Positions 31,623 to 41,890 of a stretch of DNA of 64,000 nt are shown here, one piece after another; within the stretch, counting starts at the first letter, position 1; each line of letters begins with the position of its first letter. The notes under the pieces were generated by a model that was not told the DNA's origin, made no database searches, and worked only from the letters and a program-made list of their open reading frames with translations. The stretch lies in the NCBI GenBank assembly GCA_021732485.1, contig JAKFUV010000013.1:75-64074 (forward strand). Direction: 5' to 3'. A program made the position numbers and the translations under genes. This DNA is from Hyphomicrobium sp. (GTDB lineage Bacteria > Pseudomonadota > Alphaproteobacteria > Rhizobiales > Hyphomicrobiaceae).

Positions 31623-32606
31623 TTATAACTCGCCAACGCCGGAGCGTACCGTCAGCGGATGATTAAACCGCTCAACATATTCGCGGATTTTGCGATCGCG
31701 GCTGTCAAGGTTGAGATTTCGCGCAAGACGATGGCCCAGTCTCGCAACACTTCGCCGGGCCGCCTGAAGTGCCGGCACGTCGCGCACAAATTCCTGGTAT
31801 CCCAACGGTTCGAGAACGCGTTTCATGTCCGCGCGAAAGCGCGGGTCATGGCGCGATTTGCGATCCGCCCACGGCTTGCTTGGGCCAATAAAGTGCACGA
31901 TCGCCGGTGCGACTCGTCGGGTCAGCTCCCAGCGCGTCGCGTACATCCAATTCCACACGGGTGACAATTCCACCCAATCGCCGGCTAGCACCGCATTCAA
32001 TGCGCTCTGATCGTTGAAATTGCCGCGATATTTTCCCGAGCTCAAATAATCGAGGCATTGCTCTCCAATGCGGCGCTGGCGATACGCTGGGCGATTGATC
32101 AGTAACATGCCCGAATTGAAATAGCCGGCGTTCGCGTGCAGACCCAGCTGCCGTTTGTAGGCAAGCCAGTCACCGGCATTGCCTCTAACGATTTCCGCAG
32201 CGTCTCGCACGGCGGCGACTGCTCGACCTTGAAAGTCGAGGTGGAAAAGATCACTAACCGAACGATCGCCGATCCAGACGTCAGCGTCGATGTACAAAAT
32301 TTTATCGTAACGATCGTCGAGCACCTCATCGAGGCTCAATCGACCGAAAACAGCCACCGATCGACCCTTTGCAGCCGACGTCTGTTTCGCACGAGCGTCG
32401 AGTTCAAAATCCAACACCTCGATCCGCGTATCTGCGACTGCGCGCTCGTCGGCCGAACAACCGATGGCGAGCAGAATGATATCAAACGTCCGGTCGGGCT
32501 CTCTTGCCAGCTTATGAGCTGCAAAGAGCGCCGCTGGCCAATATCCGCGATCAGCGATCAGGACGACGGCGTTCGACCGCCGATGGGGCTCATGTAATTC
32601 GATCAT
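31623..32606 (-). CDS. Glycosyltransferase family 8 (paralog)
   Basis: KILYIDAD, YFNSGMLLIN, DQSALN, IVHFIGPSKPW. Confidence 0.9.
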   Translation of the reverse strand: MIELHEPHRRSNAVVLIADRGYWPAALFAAHKLAREPDRTFDIILLAIGCSADERAVADTRIEVLDFELDARAKQTSAAKGRSVAVFGRLSLDEVLDDRYDKILYIDADVWIGDRSVSDLFHLDFQGRAVAAVRDAAEIVRGNAGDWLAYKRQLGLHANAGYFNSGMLLINRPAYRQRRIGEQCLDYLSSGKYRGNFNDQSALNAVLAGDWVELSPVWNWMYATRWELTRRVAPAIVHFIGPSKPWADRKSRHDPRFRADMKRVLEPLGYQEFVRDVPALQAARRSVARLGHRLARNLNLDSRDRKIREYVERFNHPLTVRSGVGEL

Positions 32607-32832
32607 TCGAAGTCAATAACGGGCGTGGCGATTTTCAGTTCCAGGCGCCGGCACGAAGCGCTCGATTCGGCGATGATGGCGTTGGCCGCCTCGCAACGCA
32701 AGTCGCGACGACAGACGCATTGACCAAGGCATCGCCGGGCGCCGCAGCGCGCGACTGCCACGGACGACTAGCGCCGCCAGCCGCCAGCGGCTATGTGCTA
32801 GCCTCCATTTCAGAAGTTCTTGCGCCTCGTCC

Positions 32833-33417
32833 ATGAAAACGTCCGACGTCGATATTTTGATCGTCCCTGGCTGGCAGGATTCCGGCCATGATCACTGGCA
32901 GACCCGTTGGGAGAAGAGCCTGAAGACGGCGCGCCGTGTCGTGCAAGCCGATTGGGACCACCCCACTGTCGAAGTTTGGGGCGACCAGATCGCCAAATTC
33001 GCTGCTGGAGCCACCAAACCCGTCGTTGTTGTCGCCCACTCGCTCGGCGTGCCGGCTGTCGTCTTGGCCGCTGATAAACTCAAAGTCCGGGGTGTGATCG
33101 GCGCGTTTCTGGTGGCGCCGGCGGACTTGGATTTCTCGCATTTCTGGCCCGATACTGGCGGTAGACGCTGGCCGCCCGCGACTGGCGATGGCGGCTACTC
33201 AAATATGCCGACCAACCGCCTACCTTTTCCTGGCCACGTCGTGGTCGCCAATAACGATCTGTACTGCAGCTATACCCGCGCCCAACATCTCGCGGCCAAG
33301 TGGGGGGCAACGCTGAGCGACGCCGGCGAAAGCGGACACATCAACGTTGCATCCGGTCACGGACCTTGGCCCGAGGGGGTCTTACAGTTCGGGCAATTTT
33401 TGCGCAGCCTCGGATAG
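32833..33417 (+). CDS. RBBP9/YdeN family alpha/beta hydrolase
   Basis: ILIVPGW-x-DSG-x-DHWQ, VAHSLG, GHIN-x-x-SG-x-GPWPEG. Confidence 0.9.
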   Translation: MKTSDVDILIVPGWQDSGHDHWQTRWEKSLKTARRVVQADWDHPTVEVWGDQIAKFAAGATKPVVVVAHSLGVPAVVLAADKLKVRGVIGAFLVAPADLDFSHFWPDTGGRRWPPATGDGGYSNMPTNRLPFPGHVVVANNDLYCSYTRAQHLAAKWGATLSDAGESGHINVASGHGPWPEGVLQFGQFLRSLG

Positions 33418-33447
33418 CCGTGCTTAGATAGCCGACGGCGCGACGAT

Positions 33448-33636
33448 TTATCTGCCCTTGACGGCTCGGCCGGAACCGCCCGGCTTTTTGCCGCCACCGT
33501 CCAATTTGTTGACCGTCGCCCAGGCGCGCGCTTTTGCTTCCTTGCTGCCAACTCCGTGTTTTTTATAGCCGTCCGTAATGTGATCGGCTTTGCGTTGCTG
33601 CTTGTCGGTGTATTTGCTCGTGTCACCTTGTGCCAT
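33448..33636 (-). CDS. Small basic general-stress protein (GD-x-S-x-YTDKQ-x-RKA-x-HI...ARAWATVNK family)
   Basis: Conserved family motif; EcfG-type promoter upstream. Confidence 0.8.
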   Translation of the reverse strand: MAQGDTSKYTDKQQRKADHITDGYKKHGVGSKEAKARAWATVNKLDGGGKKPGGSGRAVKGR

Positions 33637-33673
33637 GGGGCCTCAGTTACCATCCCCACTGCGGTGATTGCTC

Positions 33674-33699
33674 AACGCTCCTTCGTTGGGCGACGTTCC
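33674..33699 (-). promoter_or_regulatory. EcfG/sigmaT general-stress promoter GGAAC-N17-CGTT
   Basis: - strand GGAAC gtcgcccaacgaaggag CGTT about 38 nt upstream of ATG 33636. Confidence 0.65.
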
Positions 33700-33819
33700 G
33701 GAATTGAGGTGATGAGCAATGCTGGCCCGACACCACGACGGAAAGAGATGAACTCAGCCCAGATGGTGAGGCCTGGTCGGTAAGGTCTGGTCGGCGCGTC
33801 CCGCTCGGCGAGGAAAGCC

Positions 33820-34146
33820 TCAACCACGGCCGCCCTCAATGTCATGCACCGCTTTCGCCAGCGCTTCAGCCATCATATCGCGGATTTCCGTGTCAGCCAC
33901 AGCAACGCCGTTTGCGGCGAGGTCGCCCTGCACTTTGCGGAACACATCATCGTCGCCCTTTTCGGCAAGGTCGGCTTTACGGACAGCCTTGATATAGTCA
34001 TCGAGCGCGCTACCCGAGTAGCCGAGCTTGGCGCCCGCCCATTCCGCGAGCGCTTTGTTGCGGCGTGACTCGGCCTTGAATTTCAAATCAGCGTCGTGCG
34101 CAAATTTGTTCTCGAATCCTTTTTCGCGCTTATCGAACGTCGTCAT
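33820..34146 (-). CDS. DUF1476 / F1Fo-ATPase inhibitory zeta subunit
   Basis: MTTFDKREKGFENKFAHDADLKFKAESRRNK, GDDDVFRKV; divergent from purC as usual in alphaproteobacteria. Confidence 0.9.
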   Translation of the reverse strand: MTTFDKREKGFENKFAHDADLKFKAESRRNKALAEWAGAKLGYSGSALDDYIKAVRKADLAEKGDDDVFRKVQGDLAANGVAVADTEIRDMMAEALAKAVHDIEGGRG

Positions 34147-34623
34147 TTTGAAACGTCTCCCTAGCTCTAAGGTCGTTGACCGACCCCTCAAGACCCAAAA
34201 GCTGTGATGCAACCTTTGGGTGTATCTGCATACCCTTCGCCTTTTGCGCGAGTTGTAGGCGTCGTCGGCGGCCGTCAGGGTGCCAGCGTTAACGCCTCAT
34301 TCAAGGCAAATCAACGGCTTGGCTGAGGCCGTCCACCAAAGCCCGATGCGGCTCATGGTCTACATTGTTTCTGCCCCCCGGTTCGGCTAGTGTCCGCCAA
34401 GGTTTTTCAGCGCCGCGCAGCGCGACCTCGGCCCCCCGGTCCGGATATCGACACGACCCCCGACATGTGAAAATCACGTTGGAAATTCAAGGGACAAAGT
34501 CTTGAACTCAGGTCGGTCGAGCCCACGCTGCGTTGCGCTGCATGCCGCTTCGATGACGTGCCCAATCACGTCTATGCCATCAGTATGAGTGAGACCCAGA
34601 GTTTGATCCTCAGAGGACCAGGA

Positions 34624-35412
34624 ATGAACAAGCGTCGCCGCATCTATGAGGGCAAGGCCAAGGTCCTATACGAGGGCCCTGAGCCCGGTACGCTCATCCA
34701 GCATTTCAAAGACGACGCCACAGCGTTCAACGCCAAAAAGCATGCGTTGATCGAAGGTAAGGGCGTGCTCAACAACCGCATTTCGGAATACGTATTCCAG
34801 CGGCTGGGCGAGATCGGCGTGCCGACGCACTTCATGAAGCGTCTCAATATGCGCGAGCAGTTGATCCGCGAAGTCGAGATCATCCCGCTCGAAGTCGTTG
34901 TGCGAAACGTCGCCGCCGGCTCACTGTCGACGCGCCTCGGCCTGGAAGAAGGTTCGCAACTGCCGCGCTCGATCATCGAGTTCTATTACAAAAAGGACGA
35001 GTTGAACGACCCGATGGTTTCGGAAGAGCACATTACCGCGTTCGGCTGGGCAACACCGCAAGAAATCGACGAAGTCATGCAGATGGCGCTGCGGATCAAC
35101 GACTTCCTCGTCGGCCTTTTCCTCGGCATCGGTATTCGCTTGGTCGACTTCAAGGTGGAATTCGGCCGTCACTACGACAACGACACGATGCGCATTATGC
35201 TGGCTGACGAAATCAGCCCGGACTGCTGCCGTCTATGGGATATCCAATCGGGCGATAAGCTCGACAAGGATCGTTTCCGGCGTGACCTCGGCGGCGTCGT
35301 CGAAGCTTACACGGAAGTCGCGCGGCGGCTTGGCGTGCTGAACGAAAGCCCGCGGCCGCGCGGCTCGGGCCCAGTGCTTGTCGCGTCCAATCCGACGGGT
35401 AAGCCGAACTAG
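34624..35412 (+). CDS. purC: SAICAR synthetase
   Basis: [39 protein letters not shown]. Confidence 0.98.
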   Translation: MNKRRRIYEGKAKVLYEGPEPGTLIQHFKDDATAFNAKKHALIEGKGVLNNRISEYVFQRLGEIGVPTHFMKRLNMREQLIREVEIIPLEVVVRNVAAGSLSTRLGLEEGSQLPRSIIEFYYKKDELNDPMVSEEHITAFGWATPQEIDEVMQMALRINDFLVGLFLGIGIRLVDFKVEFGRHYDNDTMRIMLADEISPDCCRLWDIQSGDKLDKDRFRRDLGGVVEAYTEVARRLGVLNESPRPRGSGPVLVASNPTGKPN

Positions 35413-35499
35413 AGTGTGAGACAGTTGGCAGTGGGGATCAGCCGATCGTTGCTGGACCCATTGCCCTGTCCTCATCACCACTGCCATTCTTGAGGCCAC

Positions 35500-35739
35500 A
35501 TGAAAGCCCACATCAAAATCACGCTCAAAACCGGCGTGCTCGATCCGCAAGGCAAGGCCATCGAGGGCGCGATCAAGGGCCTTGGCATCGGCGGCATCGG
35601 CGAAGTCCGGCAGGGCAAATACATCGAGGTCGATCTCGGCGACACCAGCACGAGCGCCGCCAAAGACGTGGTCGAACGGATGTGCCGCGACCTGCTCGCC
35701 AACACCGTGATCGAAAACTATAGCTACGAGATCGGCTGA
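35500..35739 (+). CDS. purS: FGAM synthase subunit PurS
   Basis: LK-x-GVLDPQG, [15 protein letters not shown]. Confidence 0.96.
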   Translation: MKAHIKITLKTGVLDPQGKAIEGAIKGLGIGGIGEVRQGKYIEVDLGDTSTSAAKDVVERMCRDLLANTVIENYSYEIG

Positions 35740-35743
35740 GCGA

Positions 35744-36445
35744 ATGCTGCGCGCATCCGTCATTGTTTTTCCCGGCTCGAACTGCGATCGCGATGTCAAA
35801 ACCGCGATTGAACGGGTGACCGGCTTCGCGCCAAAAATGATCTGGCACGGCGATGCCAGCGTGCCGTCCTCGGACATGATCGTGCTGCCCGGCGGCTTCT
35901 CCTACGGCGATTACTTGCGCTGCGGCGCCATGGCGGCCCATTCGCCGATCATGAAGGACGTGATCGCCAAAGCGAAGGGCGGCACGCCGGTGCTCGGAAT
36001 TTGCAACGGCTTCCAGATCCTGTGTGAAAGCGGTTTGCTGCCGGGCGCGCTGCTGCGCAACGCCTCGCTGCATTTCATCTGCCGCGATGTGCATCTGAAG
36101 GTGGAGAACGATCAGACCTTCTTCACGAAGTGCTATCGCAAGGGCGAAATCATCAAGGTGCCGATCGCGCATGGCGAGGGCAACTATTTCGCGGATGCCG
36201 AAACACTCGACCGGCTCGAAGGCGACGGCCGCATCGCTTTCCGCTACACCGATGCCAGCGGCGCCGTGACACCCGCCGCGTGCCCGAACGGCGCGATGGC
36301 CAACATCGCCGGCATCACTAACGAGACGGGCCGCGTGCTTGGCATGATGCCCCATCCGGAGCGGCTGTATGAGTCCGCCCTCGGCGGTACCGACGGCCGG
36401 CGTGTGTTTGAAAGCGCCCTGCTCTCCGTGCTCGAAGCCGCGTGA
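35744..36445 (+). CDS. purQ: FGAM synthase subunit PurQ
   Basis: [34 protein letters not shown]. Confidence 0.97.
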   Translation: MLRASVIVFPGSNCDRDVKTAIERVTGFAPKMIWHGDASVPSSDMIVLPGGFSYGDYLRCGAMAAHSPIMKDVIAKAKGGTPVLGICNGFQILCESGLLPGALLRNASLHFICRDVHLKVENDQTFFTKCYRKGEIIKVPIAHGEGNYFADAETLDRLEGDGRIAFRYTDASGAVTPAACPNGAMANIAGITNETGRVLGMMPHPERLYESALGGTDGRRVFESALLSVLEAA

Positions 36446-36554
36446 GTCTGGCGCCGTACGTTCTCCCATCACGCGGCTGTGATCAGGTGTGACCACCGAA
36501 ATTCAGCGCGTCCCCTTGCCAAATTGTGCCGTGCTTTCCACGTCCTGAACGAGT

Positions 36555-36630
36555 GCGGGGCCGGGCCCCTCTGACAGCGCCACCCGGCGCCGTGATGTCG
36601 GACCGCACCGGGTATGCCCGGTGCTTTGCA
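36555..36630 (+). promoter_or_regulatory. Structured cis-regulatory leader upstream of the small ORF-terC unit (terC-motif-like)
   Basis: Three consecutive helices: GGGGCC/GGCCCC; TCTGACA-GCGCC/GGCGC-TGTCGGA; GCACCGGG/CCCGGTGC followed by TTT. Confidence 0.55.
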
Positions 36631-36670
36631 AAATCTTGGCATGCCTCCGTTTCTGACATTGGAGGAAGTT

Positions 36671-36985
36671 ATGTCCCGACCCACGCGCGCACTCCCGGCA
36701 ATCGACGCGGTCTCGCAACGCTCGTCGGGCACGCACCGGCGTGTCCGCACGACACTACAGCGTTTGACAACGTTGCGTCTCGCCATCGATCGCGAGTCAC
36801 GTTTTGGGGCACGTAGCGATTTGCGAGTCGTGCGAATGCAGCGCCTCGTACTGCTTTTGAAGCAAAGGCTGAACGACTTCTTCACGCCGGCATCACGCCG
36901 GCGGGCGGCAAACTTTGCGGCCAACGGCGTTCAGCGCTTGCAGCAGCGCTTGGTGCTTCAAGATGCGCAACTCCGCGCCGGCTGA
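36671..36985 (+). CDS. Small Arg-rich helical protein (DUF465/YdcH-like), upstream of terC
   Basis: GGAGG RBS before ATG 36671; L...IDRE...R-x-x-R-x-x-L-x-LK-x-RL pattern. Confidence 0.55.
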   Translation: MSRPTRALPAIDAVSQRSSGTHRRVRTTLQRLTTLRLAIDRESRFGARSDLRVVRMQRLVLLLKQRLNDFFTPASRRRAANFAANGVQRLQQRLVLQDAQLRAG

Positions 36986-37160
36986 TCGCTCTCTCTAGCT
37001 CCCATTTCATCGCCAATCGCGCCGCTACGTTTCAATCGGCTGCGTACCAAACCCCAACGTCCATCCGCGGATGCAGCGCCTAGTCGCGTGCCGCAGCTTT
37101 GCTGAGCGAAGCTGCGGCACGTGATGGGCGCCATCAGCCCATCAAGTGAGATCTAACCCC

Positions 37161-38156
37161 GTGGAATTTCTGTTCGACCCCGTCATGGGCAAGCCGTTGT
37201 GGATGTGGGCCGTCTTTATCGGTCTCGTGCTATCGCTGCTCATTCTCGATCTCGGTGTGTTTCACCGCAAAACACACGTCATCGAAATACGCGAAAGCCT
37301 GCTGATGAGTGCGTTCTACATCGGCATTGCCGTGATCTTTGGTGCGTGGGTGTGGACGTCTCTCGGCGCAGCCAGCGGACAGGCCTTCTTTACCGGCTTC
37401 GTCGTCGAGAAGACCTTGGCGATGGACAACATTTTCGTCATTTCGCTGATTTTTTCGTACTTTGCCGTTCCACAGATCTACCAGCACAGGGTCCTGTTCT
37501 GGGGCATTCTTGGCGTCATCGTTCTGCGCGCCATCATGATCGCACTGGGCGCAACCCTGATCGCTGAATTTTCCTGGCTGCTGTACGTTTTCGCGGCGTT
37601 CCTGATCCTGACCGGTATCAAAATGCTGGTTATGGGCGAGAAGGAAATGAACATCGCCGATAATCCGGTTTTGAAGTTCATGCGCCGGCATATGCGCATC
37701 ACCGACACGCTGCATGGCGAAAAGTTTTTCGTCACCGAACTCGATGCGAAAAGCGGCAAACTGGTGCGGGCGGCGACACCCTTGTTCGTCGCTCTGATCT
37801 TGATTGAAGTCGTCGATGTGATTTTTGCGGTCGACAGTGTGCCGGCAATCTTCGCCATCACCACCGACCCCTACATCGTCTACACGTCGAACATTTTCGC
37901 GATCCTCGGCCTGCGCGCCCTGTACTTCGCGCTCTCCGCCATCCTAGGGCGCTTCCACTATCTCAAACCGGCACTGGCGCTCGTGCTCGTGTTCATCGGT
38001 TCGAAGATCTTCGTCGCCGACGCGATGGGCTGGGATAAATTTCCTGCCAGCGCTTCGTTGGCAATCACGCTGGGATTGCTTGCGGCCGGCATTATCGCGT
38101 CGCTCATGTTCGAGCGCCGCGATGGCGGCAAGTCGTTGCCCGCGCCCCCGCGCTGA
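37161..38156 (+). CDS. TerC/Alx family membrane protein (Mn homeostasis/export)
   Basis: LDLGVFHRK, EKTLAMDNIFV, QHRVLFWGILG, DVIFAVDSVPAI, TSNIFAILGLRALYF. Confidence 0.93.
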   Translation: MEFLFDPVMGKPLWMWAVFIGLVLSLLILDLGVFHRKTHVIEIRESLLMSAFYIGIAVIFGAWVWTSLGAASGQAFFTGFVVEKTLAMDNIFVISLIFSYFAVPQIYQHRVLFWGILGVIVLRAIMIALGATLIAEFSWLLYVFAAFLILTGIKMLVMGEKEMNIADNPVLKFMRRHMRITDTLHGEKFFVTELDAKSGKLVRAATPLFVALILIEVVDVIFAVDSVPAIFAITTDPYIVYTSNIFAILGLRALYFALSAILGRFHYLKPALALVLVFIGSKIFVADAMGWDKFPASASLAITLGLLAAGIIASLMFERRDGGKSLPAPPR

Positions 38157-38182
38157 ACTGCCCGGCCGGTCGCTTGACCCAT

Positions 38183-38210
38183 AAAAAAAGGGGCCGAAAG
38201 GCCCCTTTTC
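38183..38210. terminator. Bidirectional rho-independent terminator
   Basis: AAAAAAAGGGGCCGAAAGGCCCCTTTT between terC and a convergent small ORF. Confidence 0.85.
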
Positions 38211-38232
38211 CATGTTGATCACCGGCCCGCGT

Positions 38233-38331
38233 TTAGCGGGTGCGTGACCGGCGCTTCGATGACTTGCCATGCGACGAGCGGCGATTGGCCGGCGTCAACG
38301 ACTGCATGAGCGCGACGATGATGGCTTGCAT
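38233..38331 (-). CDS. Putative 32-aa small protein MQAIIVALMQSLTPANRRSSHGKSSKRRSRTR
   Basis: AAGGA RBS upstream; ends just before the terminator; below the ORF-track cutoff. Confidence 0.45.
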   Translation of the reverse strand: MQAIIVALMQSLTPANRRSSHGKSSKRRSRTR

Positions 38332-38538
38332 AACACATTCCTTAGTGGGTTGTTTCGAGCGGCTGGGATCGTTGGACCTCCAGAAGTGAGGGGCGCGGCC
38401 CCCCGGTTCGAAATTTGTCTACACTGTAGATATCGCACTGCCGCCGCAGCGAGTAGAGCTCGTTTCGCAGGCTCGCCATGCGCGCCACGCAGCCCTCAAG
38501 CCATAAGTTTTATCAACAATTTCAGCTATTAACGGGCA

Positions 38539-38571
38539 TAAAAAATGGGAGGAAGCACGAAGCTCCCTCCC
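38539..38571 (-). terminator. Rho-independent terminator of the 38641-39039 gene
   Basis: - strand GGGAGGGAGC-TTCGT-GCTTCCTCCC-ATTTTTT. Confidence 0.7.
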
Positions 38572-38640
38572 TGTTCGAACAACTTGCAAGCGTGGACTTG
38601 GAAGCGCCGAAACGTCGTGAACGTCCATTACTGAACGTCG

Positions 38641-39039
38641 TTATTTTACGGGTGCAACGTAGGCCAGACGCTCGACAGGTTGCACCATCATTGTCGACGC
38701 GCCGTTAGCGCAGGAGAAGGACAAAGCCTGTCCGCCAAACGTCTCCATCCGCGCCGAGCTGCCTTCGAGAACCGACATGTTGACGCGGACCGGCTCAGAC
38801 GGCGACGCCGATGCCGTCTCCGAGTAGGTGTCCGCAACAGCCAGTGTCAGACTGCAGGCGCCGTTGTTGACGGTGTAGTAGCCGACGGCACGCTTGGCGC
38901 CGACCGTCAAAGCGATCGCCTTGAGAGGGCCGACGACCTTGGCAGCTGCGACATCACCGGCCGATGCGGGGACCGCGCCCTTGAGAAGGGCAACGCTGGC
39001 GAACACGACCGAAGCGGCTAGTTTTGAGTAAGACGTCAT
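38641..39039 (-). CDS. Secreted hypothetical protein
   Basis: GGAGA RBS, signal peptide ending ASA, VGAKRAVGYY...C and LSFSC. Confidence 0.7.
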   Translation of the reverse strand: MTSYSKLAASVVFASVALLKGAVPASAGDVAAAKVVGPLKAIALTVGAKRAVGYYTVNNGACSLTLAVADTYSETASASPSEPVRVNMSVLEGSSARMETFGGQALSFSCANGASTMMVQPVERLAYVAPVK

Positions 39040-39345
39040 GGAAAATCTCCACAGTCCTGAGGCGTGCCGTTCAAACCCGCGCACGATTGTCTGGGCGTGA
39101 CGGCTGCGCTGAGCGGGTAAATAACCCCATGACTCGTCATACAAAAGTGCTAGCTATGCATTTCCGGAATGCGTTTCTGACAGCGCGGTCCGGTCGCAGC
39201 CCGATCGGGTAGGGCATATTTGCTTGGCGCTTCCGACTCGCCTCCGGCGAGCCTGCCGGAAGCGCCAGGGAACGAGAGTCGCCAAGCGCCAGCAAAAAAT
39301 GCTTATAAGCGAGCCTCGCGAATGAACCTCTGACATGAGTGCGAA

Positions 39346-41553
39346 ATGGCCGTTACGACCGCTGCGAAAATCACCCCCGAAATCGTCGCCGAACACGGCC
39401 TGAAGCCCGACGAATATCTCCGCCTTCTCGACATCCTCGGCCGTGAACCGCTGACCTGCGAGCTTGGCATTTTCTCTGTGATGTGGAGCGAGCACTGCTC
39501 CTACAAATCGTCCCGCGTCTGGCTGAAGACGCTGCCAACCTCCGGGCCGCAGGTCATCCAGGGTCCCGGCGAAAATGCAGGTGTCGTCGATCTTGGCGAT
39601 GGCGATGCCGTGGTCTTCAAAATGGAAAGCCACAACCACCCGAGCTACATCGAACCTTTCCAGGGCGCGGCGACGGGCGTCGGCGGCATCATGCGCGACG
39701 TGTTCACGATGGGCGCCCGCCCGGTCGCCAACATGAACGCCCTTCGCTTCGGCGCACCCGATCACGCCAAAACGAAACGCCTCGTCTCCGGCGTCGTCGC
39801 CGGCATCGCGCATTACGGCAATTGCACCGGCGTGCCGACGATTGGCGGCGAAACCAACTTCGACGCCGGTTACAACAACAACATCCTCGTCAACGCCATG
39901 TGCGTCGGCCTCGCCAAAACCGATAAGATTTTCTATTCCGCCGCCAAGGGCGTTGGCTTGCCCGTCGTCTATGTCGGCTCGAAAACCGGCCGCGACGGTA
40001 TCCACGGCGCGACCATGGCGTCGGCCGAATTTGACGACAACAGCGAAGAAAAACGCCCAACCGTTCAAGTCGGCGACCCATTCACCGAAAAGCTGCTGAT
40101 CGAAGCCTGCCTTGAGCTGATGGCGACCGACAGCATCATCGCCATTCAGGACATGGGCGCGGCAGGGCTCACGTCGTCCACATCCGAAATGGCCGACAAA
40201 GGCGGCGTCGGCATCGAACTCAATCTGGATCTGGTGCCGCAGCGCGAGACCGGCATGACCGCCTACGAGATGATGCTGTCTGAATCGCAAGAACGCATGC
40301 TGATGATCTTGAAGCCGGAGCGTGAAGCCTCGGCCCAAGCCATCTTCGCCAAATGGGGCCTCGATTTCGCGATCATCGGCATGACGACCGACACAGGCCG
40401 GATGATCATCAAGCACAAGGGCATCGTTGAAGCCGATCTGCCGGTCGACAAGCTCGCCAACTCGGCGCCGATGTACGAGCGCCCATGGACGGAGCCGAAA
40501 AAGCCGACGACGATTTTGCCGGAATGGGTACCGGCCCCACATTCGATCCTCGGCACCTTAAAGGACATGATGGGCGGCCACGCCCTCGCGTCGCGCCGCT
40601 GGATCTGGGAACAGTATGACCACATGGTGATGGGCGACACCATCGGCCGACCCGGCGGCGATGCCGGCGTCGTCCGCGTTCACGGCACCAAGAAAGGCAT
40701 CGCCGTCGCGTGTGATGTGACACCGCGCTATGTGCTCGCTGATCCCGAGATGGGCACCAAGCAGGCCGTGGTCGAGACTTGGCGCAACCTCACCGCCGTC
40801 GGCGCCGATCCGCTCGCCATCACCGACAACATGAACTTCGCCAACCCCGAGCGGCCCGAGATCATGGGCCAATTCGTCGCCAGCGTTCGCGGCATGGCGG
40901 ACGCCTGCCGAGCCCTCGACTACCCCGTCGTCTCGGGCAACGTCTCGCTCTACAACGAAACCAACGGCGTCGGTATTCCACCAACGCCGGCCATCGGCGG
41001 TGTGGGCCTCGTGCCGGACACCGCCAAGATCGCCACCATCGCCCTCAAGTCCGATGGCAACATGCTGGTGGTCATCGGCCGCGAAGATGGCCACCTCGGC
41101 CAATCGCTCTATCAGCAGCATGCGACGGGCAAGTTCGAAGGCGCGCCGCCGCCCGTCACGCTCGACGATGAGATCAAGGCCGGCCGCCTGATCCGAACCA
41201 TGATCCGCGAAGGCCGCGTGGCGGCCGTACATGATTGCTCTGATGGCGGACTGCTGGTTGCGGTTGCCGAGATGGCGCTCGCCGGCGGCATCGGCGTCGA
41301 GCTGTATCCGTATGAAGGCAAGCTGCCCGCGCACGCGATCTGGTTTGGCGAGGACCAAGGCCGCTATGTCGTCGAGGTCACCCCGGCCAAGGCCGAAGAA
41401 ATTCTCGAACGCGCCCGCCTGCTCGAACTGCCATCGCGCATCATCGGCAAAACCGGCGGCACATCGCTGAGCCTCAAAGGCGAGACAGCACTCTCGCTTG
41501 TCGACTTGCGCGCCGCGCATGAAGCCTGGCTTCCGGGGCTGATGGGCGGGTGA
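39346..41553 (+). CDS. purL: FGAM synthase subunit PurL
   Basis: [43 protein letters not shown]. Confidence 0.98.
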   Translation: MAVTTAAKITPEIVAEHGLKPDEYLRLLDILGREPLTCELGIFSVMWSEHCSYKSSRVWLKTLPTSGPQVIQGPGENAGVVDLGDGDAVVFKMESHNHPSYIEPFQGAATGVGGIMRDVFTMGARPVANMNALRFGAPDHAKTKRLVSGVVAGIAHYGNCTGVPTIGGETNFDAGYNNNILVNAMCVGLAKTDKIFYSAAKGVGLPVVYVGSKTGRDGIHGATMASAEFDDNSEEKRPTVQVGDPFTEKLLIEACLELMATDSIIAIQDMGAAGLTSSTSEMADKGGVGIELNLDLVPQRETGMTAYEMMLSESQERMLMILKPEREASAQAIFAKWGLDFAIIGMTTDTGRMIIKHKGIVEADLPVDKLANSAPMYERPWTEPKKPTTILPEWVPAPHSILGTLKDMMGGHALASRRWIWEQYDHMVMGDTIGRPGGDAGVVRVHGTKKGIAVACDVTPRYVLADPEMGTKQAVVETWRNLTAVGADPLAITDNMNFANPERPEIMGQFVASVRGMADACRALDYPVVSGNVSLYNETNGVGIPPTPAIGGVGLVPDTAKIATIALKSDGNMLVVIGREDGHLGQSLYQQHATGKFEGAPPPVTLDDEIKAGRLIRTMIREGRVAAVHDCSDGGLLVAVAEMALAGGIGVELYPYEGKLPAHAIWFGEDQGRYVVEVTPAKAEEILERARLLELPSRIIGKTGGTSLSLKGETALSLVDLRAAHEAWLPGLMGG

Positions 41554-41674
41554 TGTGAGGCCGTAGCTCCAGGCTCAACAGTTCACCCAATGGTGTTGAA
41601 ATCGGTGGGGGATTGCGTGTTTCACGCACCCAGAAAGGTCAAGAATGGAGATGTTTTACACGGGTGATTTTCGA

Positions 41675-41838
41675 CTAATTGGCTTTCTTTTTTGCCTTCG
41701 TCACGGGTGCCGTCGCTACTTTGCGAAGGGCTTTCCTGAACGTCGCTTCGTCACCATCCGCATCAGTTCACGAGCGGCGTCGATGAAATTTTGGCGCTGT
41801 GTTCGCGTGTGTGGTTCGGGTGTTTTGAGTTTCGTCAT
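41675..41838 (-). pseudogene. Frameshifted small IS1595-associated ORF (Q-x-x-x-FIDAAREL...D-x-DEATF-x-x-AL-x-KVA)
   Basis: Frame 1 reads MTKLKTPEPHTRTQRQNFIDAAREL; the family-like tail DADGDEATFRKALRKVATAPVTKAKKKAN* continues in the -1 frame. Confidence 0.55.
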
Positions 41839-41890
41839 GGCCTCATTCTAACCGATTTTCTGGCGTGCCGCGAGGTGCGTCATGGGTGAC

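Noticed and set aside
34215-34620. Purine riboswitch upstream of purC
   Set aside because: No recognisable purine, ZTP or PRPP aptamer consensus by eye; probably divergent promoters.
39154-41520. Long antisense ORFs opposite purL (and similar ones opposite leuA, phzF, ilvI, atm1, rpsD, cckA)
   Set aside because: Shadow ORFs typical of high-GC codon usage; the opposite strand carries the recognisable gene.
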